A DNA stretch of 64,000 nucleotides from contig CAZILW010000001.1 in assembly GCA_964540285.1 (NCBI GenBank), positions 63,703 to 127,702 of the forward strand, read 5' to 3'. The notes under the pieces are model-generated. The model searched no databases. It saw only the letters and a program-made list of their open reading frames with translations, and had not been told where the DNA came from. The DNA comes from an uncultured Gammaproteobacteria bacterium. GTDB lineage: Bacteria > Patescibacteriota > Patescibacteriia > Patescibacteriales > UBA12465. Positions 40,154 to 49,410 of the stretch are shown here, in pieces (positions within the stretch are counted from its first letter, which is position 1; each line of letters opens with the position of its first letter). The position numbers and the translations under genes are program-made.

Positions 40154-40191
40154 AAAATTTATATCAAATTTATTTTATTAATTATTTAGCC

Positions 40192-41022
40192 CTATTCTTT
40201 ATTTAAATCTTCGCTTACTTCTTCTTTTTTCTCATCTAAATTTTCTTCTTTATTTTCCTTAATTTCAACATTATTATCTTTTTCCTTCTCACTATCTTTT
40301 TTTTCTTCACTGCTATCTTCAGTTAATTCAACTTTTTCAACTTCGATTTTTTCTACATCTTTAGACTCTTCTTTATTTACGTTTTCCTTTACAACTAAAT
40401 CACCTTCACCCTTAATAATAACTAAAGAATTAACAGCTCCAGGAACAGCTCCTTTTACATACAAAATATTATTTTCCAAATCAATATCAATTACTTCCAT
40501 ATTTTTAGTAGTAACCCTGTCACCACCCATTCTGCCACCCATTCTAGTTCCTTTAAAAACATGAGCTGGGCCTTTAGCACCAACAGAACCAGAAGCTCTT
40601 AGTTGATCTTTATTTCCATGAGTTTTTTTAGAACCAGAAAAACCATGTCTTCTAACAACACCCTGAAAACCTTTTCCTTTAGATGTTCCAGTAACATCAA
40701 CAATATCTCCACTGACAAAAGTAGAAACATCAATCATCTTGCCAAGTTCTATATTTGAATTATCCTCTTTTAATCTAAATTCTCTCAAATATCTAACATC
40801 TTCACGACCCAAAGCCTTTTTTAAATGTCCCTTAACCGGTTTAGAAATATTTTTAGCCTTTCTTTCTCCGTAAGAAATTTGAACAGCCTTATAAGAATCG
40901 CTCTTATCATTTTTAACTTGAGTAATAAAACAAGGACCAGCCTGAACAAGAGTACAAGGAACAACTTTATCCCCTTGCCAAATCTGAGTCATTTTAATTT
41001 TTTTTCCTAGTATGAATTTCAT
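40192..41022 (-). CDS. rplC: 50S ribosomal protein L3 with acidic C-terminal tail
   Basis: SKGKGFQG and KGAVPG motifs. Confidence 0.96.
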   Translation of the reverse strand: MKFILGKKIKMTQIWQGDKVVPCTLVQAGPCFITQVKNDKSDSYKAVQISYGERKAKNISKPVKGHLKKALGREDVRYLREFRLKEDNSNIELGKMIDVSTFVSGDIVDVTGTSKGKGFQGVVRRHGFSGSKKTHGNKDQLRASGSVGAKGPAHVFKGTRMGGRMGGDRVTTKNMEVIDIDLENNILYVKGAVPGAVNSLVIIKGEGDLVVKENVNKEESKDVEKIEVEKVELTEDSSEEKKDSEKEKDNNVEIKENKEENLDEKKEEVSEDLNKE

Positions 41023-41301
41023 ATATATTAAAAAATTATCTAATAAAATAAAAACTGGTCCTCAACAAAAACCAGTAGCAGAAACTTTATATTATAAAAA
41101 GTAAAAGCTTAAATTTGTTTTTGTTGAAAAAAATACCTCCTATATAAATGATTGATAAATCTTTAAGGGACTTTCTTCTTATCTTAAAAGAAAGAAGAGT
41201 TTCCGAAAAAATAAACAATCAACTAATTTCAATTTAACTTATTTTAAAAAAATACAAAATAAAACAAAACAATAACCACTAGTGTGATATCCACTAATAT
41301 T

Positions 41302-41655
41302 CTAATCCATTTTTATTTCTAAGTCAACCCCTGAAGGAAGAGATAAGCTTGTTAAATCTTCGATAGTCTTAGCTGATGGTTCAATAATATCAATAAGTCT
41401 TTTATGAGTTCTCATTTCATACTGATCTCTAGCGTTTTTATGTACGAAAGTTGAACGATTAACAGTGTATTTTCTCTTTTCTGTAGGAAGTGGAACTGGG
41501 CCTGAAACTTGAGCATCAGTTCTTAGTGCTGTCTCAATTATAGTCTTGGACGCCTGATCAATTATTTTGTGATCAAAAGCCTTGATTTTAATACGAATCT
41601 TGCTTTTTGATTCACTGCTGTCCTTCTTGGTGTTCTTTTTTTTACTTTCAACCAT
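41302..41655 (-). CDS. rpsJ: 30S ribosomal protein S10
   Basis: [16 protein letters not shown] and THKRLI motifs. Confidence 0.97.
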   Translation of the reverse strand: MVESKKKNTKKDSSESKSKIRIKIKAFDHKIIDQASKTIIETALRTDAQVSGPVPLPTEKRKYTVNRSTFVHKNARDQYEMRTHKRLIDIIEPSAKTIEDLTSLSLPSGVDLEIKMD

Positions 41656-41796
41656 ATGGATTTACGATTAAATGTGCAAAAATTTAAAAGATCTTCTTAC
41701 TATATGCACATTTTAATTTTATATTTTATTTTAAATTATAAATTATTTTAAATAAACATTATAAGCCCGTCTTTTTTCAAAAACGGGCCTAAATAT

Positions 41797-42984
41797 TTAT
41801 TTGATAATTTTAGCTACAACACCAGCTCCAACTGTTCTACCACCTTCACGAATAGCAAATCTTTGCTTTTCTTCAAGGGCAATAGGGGCAATTAATTTAA
41901 CTTTTAGATTAACTGTATCACCAGGCATAACCATCTCAACTCCTGCTGGCAATTCAATTTCACCAGTTACATCAGTTGTTCTGATGTAGAATTGAGGTTT
42001 GTAACCTTTAAAAAATGGTTTATGTCTTCCACCTTCATCTTTACCTAAAATATAAACTTCAGCTTCAAATTCTGTATGCGGTGTAACTGTTCCTGGTTTT
42101 ACTAAAACTTGACCTCTTTCTACTTCATCTTTTTTAGTACCTCTTAAAAGTAAACCAGCGTTATCACCAGCCTCACCTCTGTCCAAAGATTTGTTAAACA
42201 TTTCTACTCCAGTAATGGTAGTTTTTTTTGTTTCCATTAAACCAACGATTTCAACCTCGTCACCAACATTAACAACACCTCTTTCAATTCTACCTGTACA
42301 AACAGTTCCTCTTCCTTCAATTGAGAAAATATCCTCAATCGGCATTAAGAATGGTTTGTCCAAATCTCTTTCTGGAGTTGGAATATAATCATCCAAAGCT
42401 TTAAGTAAGTCTGTTATTGGTTGCGCATCTGGACCTGTTGGATTCTCTAAAGCCTTTAAAGCACTTCCTCTGATAATTGGAGTAGCATCTCCAGGGAATT
42501 CGTATTTCTTTAATAAATCTCTAATTTCTTCTTCAACTAAATCAATTAACTCTTTATCCTCTACCATGTCACATTTATTTAAAAATACAACGATGTAAGG
42601 AACACCAACCTGACGAGCCAACAAGATGTGCTCTCTAGTTTGAGGCATAGGACCATCAGTAGCTGAAACCACTAAGATAGCACCATCCATTTGAGCGGCA
42701 CCAGTGATCATGTTTTTAACATAATCAGCGTGACCAGGACAATCAACGTGAGCATAGTGTCTACCTTCTGTTTCATACTCTTGATGAGAAGTAGCAATTG
42801 TGATACCTCTTTGCTTCTCTTCAGGAGCATTATCAATCTCATCAACTCCTCTTTGAGTTGCTTTCATACCCTGAGCATTAGCTACAGTTAAGATAGCTGC
42901 TGTCAAAGTTGTTTTCCCATGATCAACGTGACCAATTGTTCCAACGTTGACATGAGGCTTACTGCGTTCAAATTTGTCTGCCAT
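41797..42984 (-). CDS. tuf: Elongation factor Tu (start MADKFE)
   Basis: [17 protein letters not shown] and NKCD motifs. Confidence 0.98.
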   Translation of the reverse strand: MADKFERSKPHVNVGTIGHVDHGKTTLTAAILTVANAQGMKATQRGVDEIDNAPEEKQRGITIATSHQEYETEGRHYAHVDCPGHADYVKNMITGAAQMDGAILVVSATDGPMPQTREHILLARQVGVPYIVVFLNKCDMVEDKELIDLVEEEIRDLLKKYEFPGDATPIIRGSALKALENPTGPDAQPITDLLKALDDYIPTPERDLDKPFLMPIEDIFSIEGRGTVCTGRIERGVVNVGDEVEIVGLMETKKTTITGVEMFNKSLDRGEAGDNAGLLLRGTKKDEVERGQVLVKPGTVTPHTEFEAEVYILGKDEGGRHKPFFKGYKPQFYIRTTDVTGEIELPAGVEMVMPGDTVNLKVKLIAPIALEEKQRFAIREGGRTVGAGVVAKIIK

Positions 42985-43122
42985 TTTTTTGAAAACACGA
43001 CCTCCTTTTGGAGTTACTTGCCTCAAAGGCAACCAGCCGTTTTTATTAATTATTAATAAATTTATTTATAAACAAGCAAAAATAGCTAAAGAATTAACTA
43101 TTTCCAATTTGTTTTATTCAAT

Positions 43123-43392
43123 TTAGTTTTCTGCTTCTTCTTTTACTTGCGGTGGTATCTTCCAATTATTAGAACTTTTTACATTTCCACTAACAACACT
43201 TTCATCTTCCTTGATGTTATCAATATTTTTTTTCTCTGTCAAGTCCTTTTTTTTATCATTAGAAATCAAACCCTCATACTGATCTAAGCTCATCAAGACG
43301 AAAGAATCTTCTGGCTCGCTATTATCAAAAACAATAATACGATCACCTGTTTTTTTTGACAAATTTATAACTTGTTTTAATTGTTTGGACAT
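43123..43392 (-). CDS. Hypothetical protein with a Phd/YefM-like segment
   Basis: KTGDRIIV...FVLMSLDQYEGL resembles the YefM core; TTGACA-16 bp-TATAAT promoter just upstream. Confidence 0.55.
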   Translation of the reverse strand: MSKQLKQVINLSKKTGDRIIVFDNSEPEDSFVLMSLDQYEGLISNDKKKDLTEKKNIDNIKEDESVVSGNVKSSNNWKIPPQVKEEAEN

Positions 43393-43457
43393 AAAATAAT
43401 ATTTTAATTATAACTAAGTATTATAATGAAAAATTAAATTATGTCAACAGGTAAAAA

Positions 43458-44615
43458 TTAATAATTAATATAAATATTTTGATAATCATGATTATATAAT
43501 TGTAAAATTTCATCAGCGCTTAAAACTCGATTATAAATTCTCGTCCTACCAATCTCACCTAAAAAATTCCAAGGATTTCCACCTATAATACCATTGCCCC
43601 AACTACCTGAGCCAAAGGTCAAGTCATTTATATTATCAATTTTTGCATATTCATTTAAAATTTTAGTACTCCAATTTTGTCCATTTAAATAGAAGCTAAA
43701 TACTTGACTTTGCCCAGTTCCACTGTAGGTCATAACCGCCTGATACCAGTCATTCAAATCTATTGAGTATCGATCTGTTATTCTATGAATACCGTCACCC
43801 CTAATAACAGCATAAATATCTATAATATTTGTTGTCAAATTATTATATTGAATATTTATTCCAAAACCAGTTCCACCTTTACCTTTAGAAACAACCCCAG
43901 CATTTCTACTATAAACATCATCCAAACAAATTTCATTCATTTTCATCCAGGTAACTATAGTAAAGTCATCGTATGTGCCAAAATCAAATTCATTTCCCTC
44001 TTGATAATAAGCTCTAGCCAATATATTCCCACTCGGAGAATTTCCGGAATATTTTGGTTTTATAGAATAAGGATTAAAACCCCAAATAGTATTATTTCCA
44101 ACAAAAACATCATTATTTCTAGTATAGTCAAAGGCTGTTTGTCCCTCACCTTCGTCAAACTTCCAAAAGCCAACTAAACCATCTACAATAACTTTTTCAT
44201 GACAATCATCATGCACAACATCATTAGAGTCAAGACATTTTAAGCCAGAACTATAATTATCAATACTTCCCTCCAAAAAAAATTCTAAACTATAATAATC
44301 ATTTTTTAAATCTTTATAATAAATAATGTTACTGGGAATATTATTATAAAAAACACTACCATTAGATCCAATAATCTGACCACCACCCTCAATAACCTCT
44401 GTGTCCGGATACCCTCCCTCTATCATCTTGTAGGCCTCGAGTGCCATTTGAAACTCTTTTATTTCCGATAAAACTTTTTTATCCCTAGCTGACCTTTTAA
44501 TAACATTAACTGAGGCAATAGCTACGGTTGTTACTAAAGAAATAATTAAAATAACAATTATAAGCTCTATAAAAGTGAAGGCTCTTCTTTTGTTGTTTTT
44601 AAAAAGAAAACTCAT
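43458..44615 (-). CDS. Pilin-headed protein with a LamG/concanavalin A-like domain
   Basis: RRA|FTFIELII signal; GLVGFWKFDEGEG, WYQAVMTY and RIYNRVLSADEI motifs. Confidence 0.85.
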   Translation of the reverse strand: MSFLFKNNKRRAFTFIELIIVILIISLVTTVAIASVNVIKRSARDKKVLSEIKEFQMALEAYKMIEGGYPDTEVIEGGGQIIGSNGSVFYNNIPSNIIYYKDLKNDYYSLEFFLEGSIDNYSSGLKCLDSNDVVHDDCHEKVIVDGLVGFWKFDEGEGQTAFDYTRNNDVFVGNNTIWGFNPYSIKPKYSGNSPSGNILARAYYQEGNEFDFGTYDDFTIVTWMKMNEICLDDVYSRNAGVVSKGKGGTGFGINIQYNNLTTNIIDIYAVIRGDGIHRITDRYSIDLNDWYQAVMTYSGTGQSQVFSFYLNGQNWSTKILNEYAKIDNINDLTFGSGSWGNGIIGGNPWNFLGEIGRTRIYNRVLSADEILQLYNHDYQNIYINY

Positions 44616-44640
44616 ATTCTATATTAATTAATAAATAAAA

Positions 44641-45840
44641 TTAATTTTGATAGTATTCTTTAATATTGTTATACAAACCAAAAACCTCTTCCGCTGATAA
44701 AGGCTTATTAAAATACATTGCATCGTTTATACGACCTTGAAAATAGGATTCGGTAGTGCTACCACCCTTGCCTAGAAACATAGGCTTGTCAGTTCCTATA
44801 TTCATCACGGTATTTTCGATTTCAGATATCAACTGACCATTCTTGTAAAATCTACGAAAATAACCATCATCAGTTAAAACAATAAAATGCCAACCATCTG
44901 GGTATTTACTTAAAACATAATCTTCTATGGACCACCATTGCCTGTCAACAGAATCAATTGAATTTTGACTAGCAATTTTACCAGAATAAAGGGCTAGTCC
45001 CCAACGACCCAAACTCAAACCAGTACCCCACAACAATCCTCCTGAACCCTGTGGTTTTGTACCATCCAACCAAAGAGCTAAAGAATATTCTGTTTGTTTT
45101 GGCATTGTTGAAATATTAAAAAAATCATCAACTCCATCGAAATAAACAAAGCCGTCAATTAGTTTAGGCTGCAAGTCAATATTAGATTGTTCAGCATTTT
45201 TTCTTTGATAAGAAAGGTCAAAGATTGTTTGAACCATTTCACTGTTATCAGGATTAAGCTTAACCCCACCATCAGAAGACAAAAAGAGAATTAAATTATT
45301 ATAAATGTTGCTATTTTGAAAATAACTAAACAAATTATAAGTCTTACCTCTATTTAAGATGACTCCATTCCCACTACTAACAAAATCTAAATAATCCAAA
45401 CAGGCGCCTCGACAACAAGAAAAGTCAAAAATACCAGCAGAACTAAAACATTTATTTCCAGGACTAAAATTTTCATTAAAATTTTCAACCTCTAAAGCAA
45501 TATCATAACTTAAATCCGAAGAATTAAAAAAATAATCAACACCCTCAGGAATGTTTTCTAAAAAAATTAAACCAGAAGAACTACCAACAAGAGCTTGTCC
45601 CGAAATCAATTGTTCAGGATATCTGCCTTCAACATTTTTATAACTCTCTAAGGCTATTTGAACTTGGCTTATATCGTTAATTTTTTTTAAATCTTTACCT
45701 CTACTTCTAGACCTAGAAATGTTAACCATCACTAAAGTAGAAATTAAAGCAATGATAAAAACGACCACTAAAATTTCAATAAAGGTAAAAGCCTTTTTGT
45801 TTTTAAATAGATAAATATTCATATCGTTAATATAAAACAA
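44641..45840 (-). CDS. Pilin-headed protein with a LamG-like domain
   Basis: KKA|FTFIEIL signal; YFDGVDD, WHFIVLT, FYKNG and FNKPLSAEEV motifs. Confidence 0.85.
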   Translation of the reverse strand: MFYINDMNIYLFKNKKAFTFIEILVVVFIIALISTLVMVNISRSRSRGKDLKKINDISQVQIALESYKNVEGRYPEQLISGQALVGSSSGLIFLENIPEGVDYFFNSSDLSYDIALEVENFNENFSPGNKCFSSAGIFDFSCCRGACLDYLDFVSSGNGVILNRGKTYNLFSYFQNSNIYNNLILFLSSDGGVKLNPDNSEMVQTIFDLSYQRKNAEQSNIDLQPKLIDGFVYFDGVDDFFNISTMPKQTEYSLALWLDGTKPQGSGGLLWGTGLSLGRWGLALYSGKIASQNSIDSVDRQWWSIEDYVLSKYPDGWHFIVLTDDGYFRRFYKNGQLISEIENTVMNIGTDKPMFLGKGGSTTESYFQGRINDAMYFNKPLSAEEVFGLYNNIKEYYQN

Positions 45841-45869
45841 TTATAACAAAAAAATAATTTAATTAAAAC

Positions 45870-45903
45870 AAAAAACGGAGCTCTGTTATTTGCTCCGTTT
45901 TTT
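45870..45903 (-). terminator. Terminator after fusA
   Basis: aaaaaacggagc-tctgttattt-gctccgtttttt. Confidence 0.75.
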
Positions 45904-45921
45904 ATTTTCAATTTTTGTAAA

Positions 45922-48006
45922 TTATTTACCAGCCTTTTCCTTGATTTGCTCTAAAATATTTCTTGGAACTTCATTATAATGAGAAAATTCCATTGAATAA
46001 TTAGCCCTACCTTGACTCATTGATCTTAGAGATGTTGCATAACCAAACATTTCTGCTAGAGGAACTTTAGCTAAAACAACTTTAGCATTTCCTCTGTCAG
46101 TCATTTCTTCTATTTGACCTCTCTTGGCATTTAAATCTCCGATTATATTCCCCATGTATTCTTCTGGGGTAGTAACCTCGACCTTCATAACTGGTTCAAG
46201 TAAAACTGGGCTAGCCTTTTGACAAGCATCTTTGAAGGCAAAAATAGCAGCCATTTTAAAAGCGATTTCAGAAGAGTCTACCTCGTGATAAGAACCATCA
46301 TAAACAGTAACTTTAACATCAACCATTGGATAACCAGCTAAAATACCACTCTCCATAGCTTCTTTAACACCCTTTTCAATAGCTGGGATATATTCCCTTG
46401 GAATAGCACCGCCCTTTACCTCATCAACAAATTCATAAGTTTTTCCACCTTCATTAACTTGCGGTTCTAATCTTAAATAACAATGTCCGTATTGACCACG
46501 ACCACCAGATTGTTTAGCATACTTATGCTCAGCCTCAGCTTTTTGCTTAATAGTTTCCCTGTAAGAAACTTGAGGATTTCCAACATTAGCCTCAACTCCA
46601 AACTCTCTTCTCATGCGATCAACGATGATATCCAAGTGAAGCTCTCCCATACCAGAAATCAAAACTTGTCCGCTTTCTTCATCACTTTCAACTCTAAAAG
46701 TTGGGTCTTCTTCAGCTAGTCTATTTAAAGCAATACCCATTTTTTCTTGATCAGCCTTAGTTTTTGGCTCAACAGCAATCTTAATGACTGGCTCTGGGAA
46801 AACAATTGATTCAAGTAATAAAGATTTTTTCTCATCACATAAAGTATTTCCAGTTGTAGTGTCTTTTAGTCCAATAACAGCAGCGATATCTCCTGCTTTG
46901 ATTTCTTTAATTTCTTCTCTGTGATTAGCATGCATACGAACTAAACGACCAATTCTTTCTTTATTGCCAGTAGAAGAATTAACAATATAAGAACCAGAAC
47001 TCAAAACTCCACTGTAAACCCTAACAAAACAAAGCTTACCAACAAAAGGGTCAGTGGCAATTTTAAAAGCCAAACCAACAAAAGGCTCTTTTTCATCAGG
47101 CTTAACAATTGTTTTTTTAGTTTCATCATTAACATCAGTAGCTTCTATCTCTGGAACATCAAGAGGTGAGGGTAAATAATCACAAACAGCATCAAGAGCT
47201 TTTTGAACACCAATATTTTGTAAAGCTGTTCCACATAAAACAGGATAGATTCCATTAGATATAACCCCCCTTCTTAAAGCTGATTTCAATTCTTCAACAG
47301 TAATTTGCTCACCACTTAAATATTTTTCAGTTAAAGTATCGTCAAATTCAACAACTCTTTCAACCAATTCTCCATGATACTTTTCAACCTTATCAATCAT
47401 ATCAGCTGGGATTTCAGTTTCAATTATATTCTCGCCAAAATTTCCTTCGAACTTATAAGCCTTTTTTTCTAAAACATCAATAACTCCAGAAAAAGTACTT
47501 TCAGAACCAATTGGCAATTGATAAGCAACAGCTTTTGGATTTAATCTTTTTTTAATAGAGTCCAAGCTCATATAAAAATCAGCGCCAGTTTTATCCATCT
47601 TATTAACAAAACAAAGTCTTGGAACTTTATACTTATCAGCTTGACGCCAAACAGTTTCCGATTGAGGCTCTACACCTTGAGAACCATCAAAAACAGCAAT
47701 AGCACCATCTAAAACACGAAGTGATCTTTCAACTTCTACAGTAAAATCAACGTGTCCAGGAGTATCAATTATGTTTATCTTATTATCCTTCCAAAAACAA
47801 GTTGTGGCAGCTGAAGTAATAGTAATACCTCTTTCTTTTTCTTGTTCCATCCAATCCATATCAGCGGCTCCATCATGAGTTTCTCCGATTTTATGTTTTT
47901 TACCAGTATAAAAAAGAACTCTCTCGCTAAAAGTTGTTTTTCCGGCATCAATATGAGCCATGATACCAATGTTTCTAAATTTATCCAGCGTATAATCTTG
48001 CGACAT
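45922..48006 (-). CDS. fusA: Elongation factor G
   Basis: [17 protein letters not shown] and GMGELHL motifs. Confidence 0.98.
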   Translation of the reverse strand: MSQDYTLDKFRNIGIMAHIDAGKTTFSERVLFYTGKKHKIGETHDGAADMDWMEQEKERGITITSAATTCFWKDNKINIIDTPGHVDFTVEVERSLRVLDGAIAVFDGSQGVEPQSETVWRQADKYKVPRLCFVNKMDKTGADFYMSLDSIKKRLNPKAVAYQLPIGSESTFSGVIDVLEKKAYKFEGNFGENIIETEIPADMIDKVEKYHGELVERVVEFDDTLTEKYLSGEQITVEELKSALRRGVISNGIYPVLCGTALQNIGVQKALDAVCDYLPSPLDVPEIEATDVNDETKKTIVKPDEKEPFVGLAFKIATDPFVGKLCFVRVYSGVLSSGSYIVNSSTGNKERIGRLVRMHANHREEIKEIKAGDIAAVIGLKDTTTGNTLCDEKKSLLLESIVFPEPVIKIAVEPKTKADQEKMGIALNRLAEEDPTFRVESDEESGQVLISGMGELHLDIIVDRMRREFGVEANVGNPQVSYRETIKQKAEAEHKYAKQSGGRGQYGHCYLRLEPQVNEGGKTYEFVDEVKGGAIPREYIPAIEKGVKEAMESGILAGYPMVDVKVTVYDGSYHEVDSSEIAFKMAAIFAFKDACQKASPVLLEPVMKVEVTTPEEYMGNIIGDLNAKRGQIEEMTDRGNAKVVLAKVPLAEMFGYATSLRSMSQGRANYSMEFSHYNEVPRNILEQIKEKAGK

Positions 48007-48013
48007 ATGTTAT

Positions 48014-48062
48014 TTAAAGAGTTTTAAGAGTTTTAGTACTTTCAAGACTCTTAGGATACTTA
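48014..48062. repeat. 9-bp-periodic hairpin just upstream of fusA
   Basis: ttaaagagt tttaagagt tttagtact ttcaagact cttaggata; stem taagagtttt/aagactctta. Confidence 0.65.
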
Positions 48063-48092
48063 TATTTAATTATTATATTATATATTTAATTC

Positions 48093-48314
48093 TATATTTT
48101 GAGTGAAATTTGAGGAAAAGACGAGAAGCGAAGTGAGTCGTATTTTAATACGATGAACGAGCCTCGCAGTCTTTGACAAAAAATTTCACCAAAACTTTTT
48201 CTCCTAAAACTTTATATTTTGAGTGAAATTTGAGGAAAAGACGAGAAGCGAAGTGAGTCGTATTTTAATACGATGAACGAGCCTCGCAGTCTTTGACAAA
48301 AAATTTCACCAAAA
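48093..48314. repeat. Two identical 102-bp palindromic elements (48093-48194 and 48213-48314)
   Basis: Period 120 bp; terminal inverted repeats ttttgagtgaaattt / aaatttcaccaaaa; central tcgtatt-tt-aatacga hairpin. Confidence 0.9.
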
Positions 48315-48326
48315 TTTAAAGTTTTA

Positions 48327-48794
48327 CTATCTGGAGAAATGAGCAAATGCCTTATTAGCCTCCGCCATCTTATGAACAGTTTCTCTCTTTCTAACAGCCG
48401 CACCCTCTCCGTTTGATGCATCTAAAATTTCAGCGGCTAGTTTTTCAGCCATTGATTTTCCTTTTCTGTCTTTAGCGGCTGAAATAATCCAATTACAACC
48501 AAGATAAAACCTTCTCTCCCCCCTTACTTGAAAAGGAACTTGATAGTTGGCACCACCAACTCTTTTACCTCTAACTTCAAGCAATGGAGACACTTTTTTT
48601 AAAGCTTTATTAAAAATATGTCTTGGATCGTGCTTGGTTTCTTGACGAATTAAATCAAAAGCATCATAAGTAATCTTTTGAGCTACTGATCTTTTACCAT
48701 CAACCATAACGTAATTTATAAATTTGGCAATATTTTTATCACCATATTTTAAATCATTTTCTATTTTTCTTTTTGGAGCTTGTTTACCTCTCAT
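48327..48794 (-). CDS. rpsG: 30S ribosomal protein S7
   Basis: RVGGANYQVP and HKMAEANKAFAH motifs. Confidence 0.97.
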   Translation of the reverse strand: MRGKQAPKRKIENDLKYGDKNIAKFINYVMVDGKRSVAQKITYDAFDLIRQETKHDPRHIFNKALKKVSPLLEVRGKRVGGANYQVPFQVRGERRFYLGCNWIISAAKDRKGKSMAEKLAAEILDASNGEGAAVRKRETVHKMAEANKAFAHFSR

Positions 48795-48858
48795 AATTTT
48801 AAAATTACCAGCTATAGCAATTTTTATTAATTTATATCAATTTTATGTTAATTAAATT

Positions 48859-49278
48859 TTAAGCCTTTGGTTTTTTAGCACCATAACAACTTCTTCCCTG
48901 TCTTCTAGCTTCAACACCTTGAGCATCATAAACTCCACGAACAACTTTATATCTAACACCTGGTAAATCTTTTGTTTTTCCACCCTTAATAAGAACGATT
49001 GAGTGTTCTTGTAAGTTATGTCCCATTCCAGGAATATAGGCAGTCACCTCCATACCATTTGATAAACGAACACGAGCAATTTTACGTAAAGCTGAGTTCG
49101 GCTTCTTAGGGGTCATGGTAGTAACCTTAAGACAAACACCCTGTTTAAAAGGAGAGCCACTTTTAGTAACTTTTTTCTTACGATGTAAAGAATCTAAGCT
49201 GGTACGCAATGCTAAGTTCTTTTTTCTCTTACTGGAAGGTTTTCTTCCTTTTCTAACTAACTGATTGATAGTTGGCAT
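48859..49278 (-). CDS. rpsL: 30S ribosomal protein S12
   Basis: MPTINQL start; [11 protein letters not shown] and KDLPGVRY motifs. Confidence 0.98.
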   Translation of the reverse strand: MPTINQLVRKGRKPSSKRKKNLALRTSLDSLHRKKKVTKSGSPFKQGVCLKVTTMTPKKPNSALRKIARVRLSNGMEVTAYIPGMGHNLQEHSIVLIKGGKTKDLPGVRYKVVRGVYDAQGVEARRQGRSCYGAKKPKA

Positions 49279-49410
49279 AAAAATTATTTAAAATTTTATT
49301 AATTTATACTATATTTTGTACTATTTATACAAATAAAAACACAAACAACACAATTCTTGAATGTGTACAAAGAATTTAGCAAAAAAAAGATAATAAGTCA
49401 AGAATGCTAA

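Noticed and set aside
42985-43032. 16-aa N-terminal extension on EF-Tu
   Set aside because: Comes from an upstream TTG; the conserved start is MADKFE at 42984.
48093-48314. Possible CRISPR array
   Set aside because: Only two 102-bp units with one 18-bp spacer; wrong dimensions, and no cas genes in the window.
48212-48421. 69-aa minus-strand ORF
   Set aside because: Overlaps the rpsG 3' end in another frame and runs through the palindromic repeat; likely spurious.
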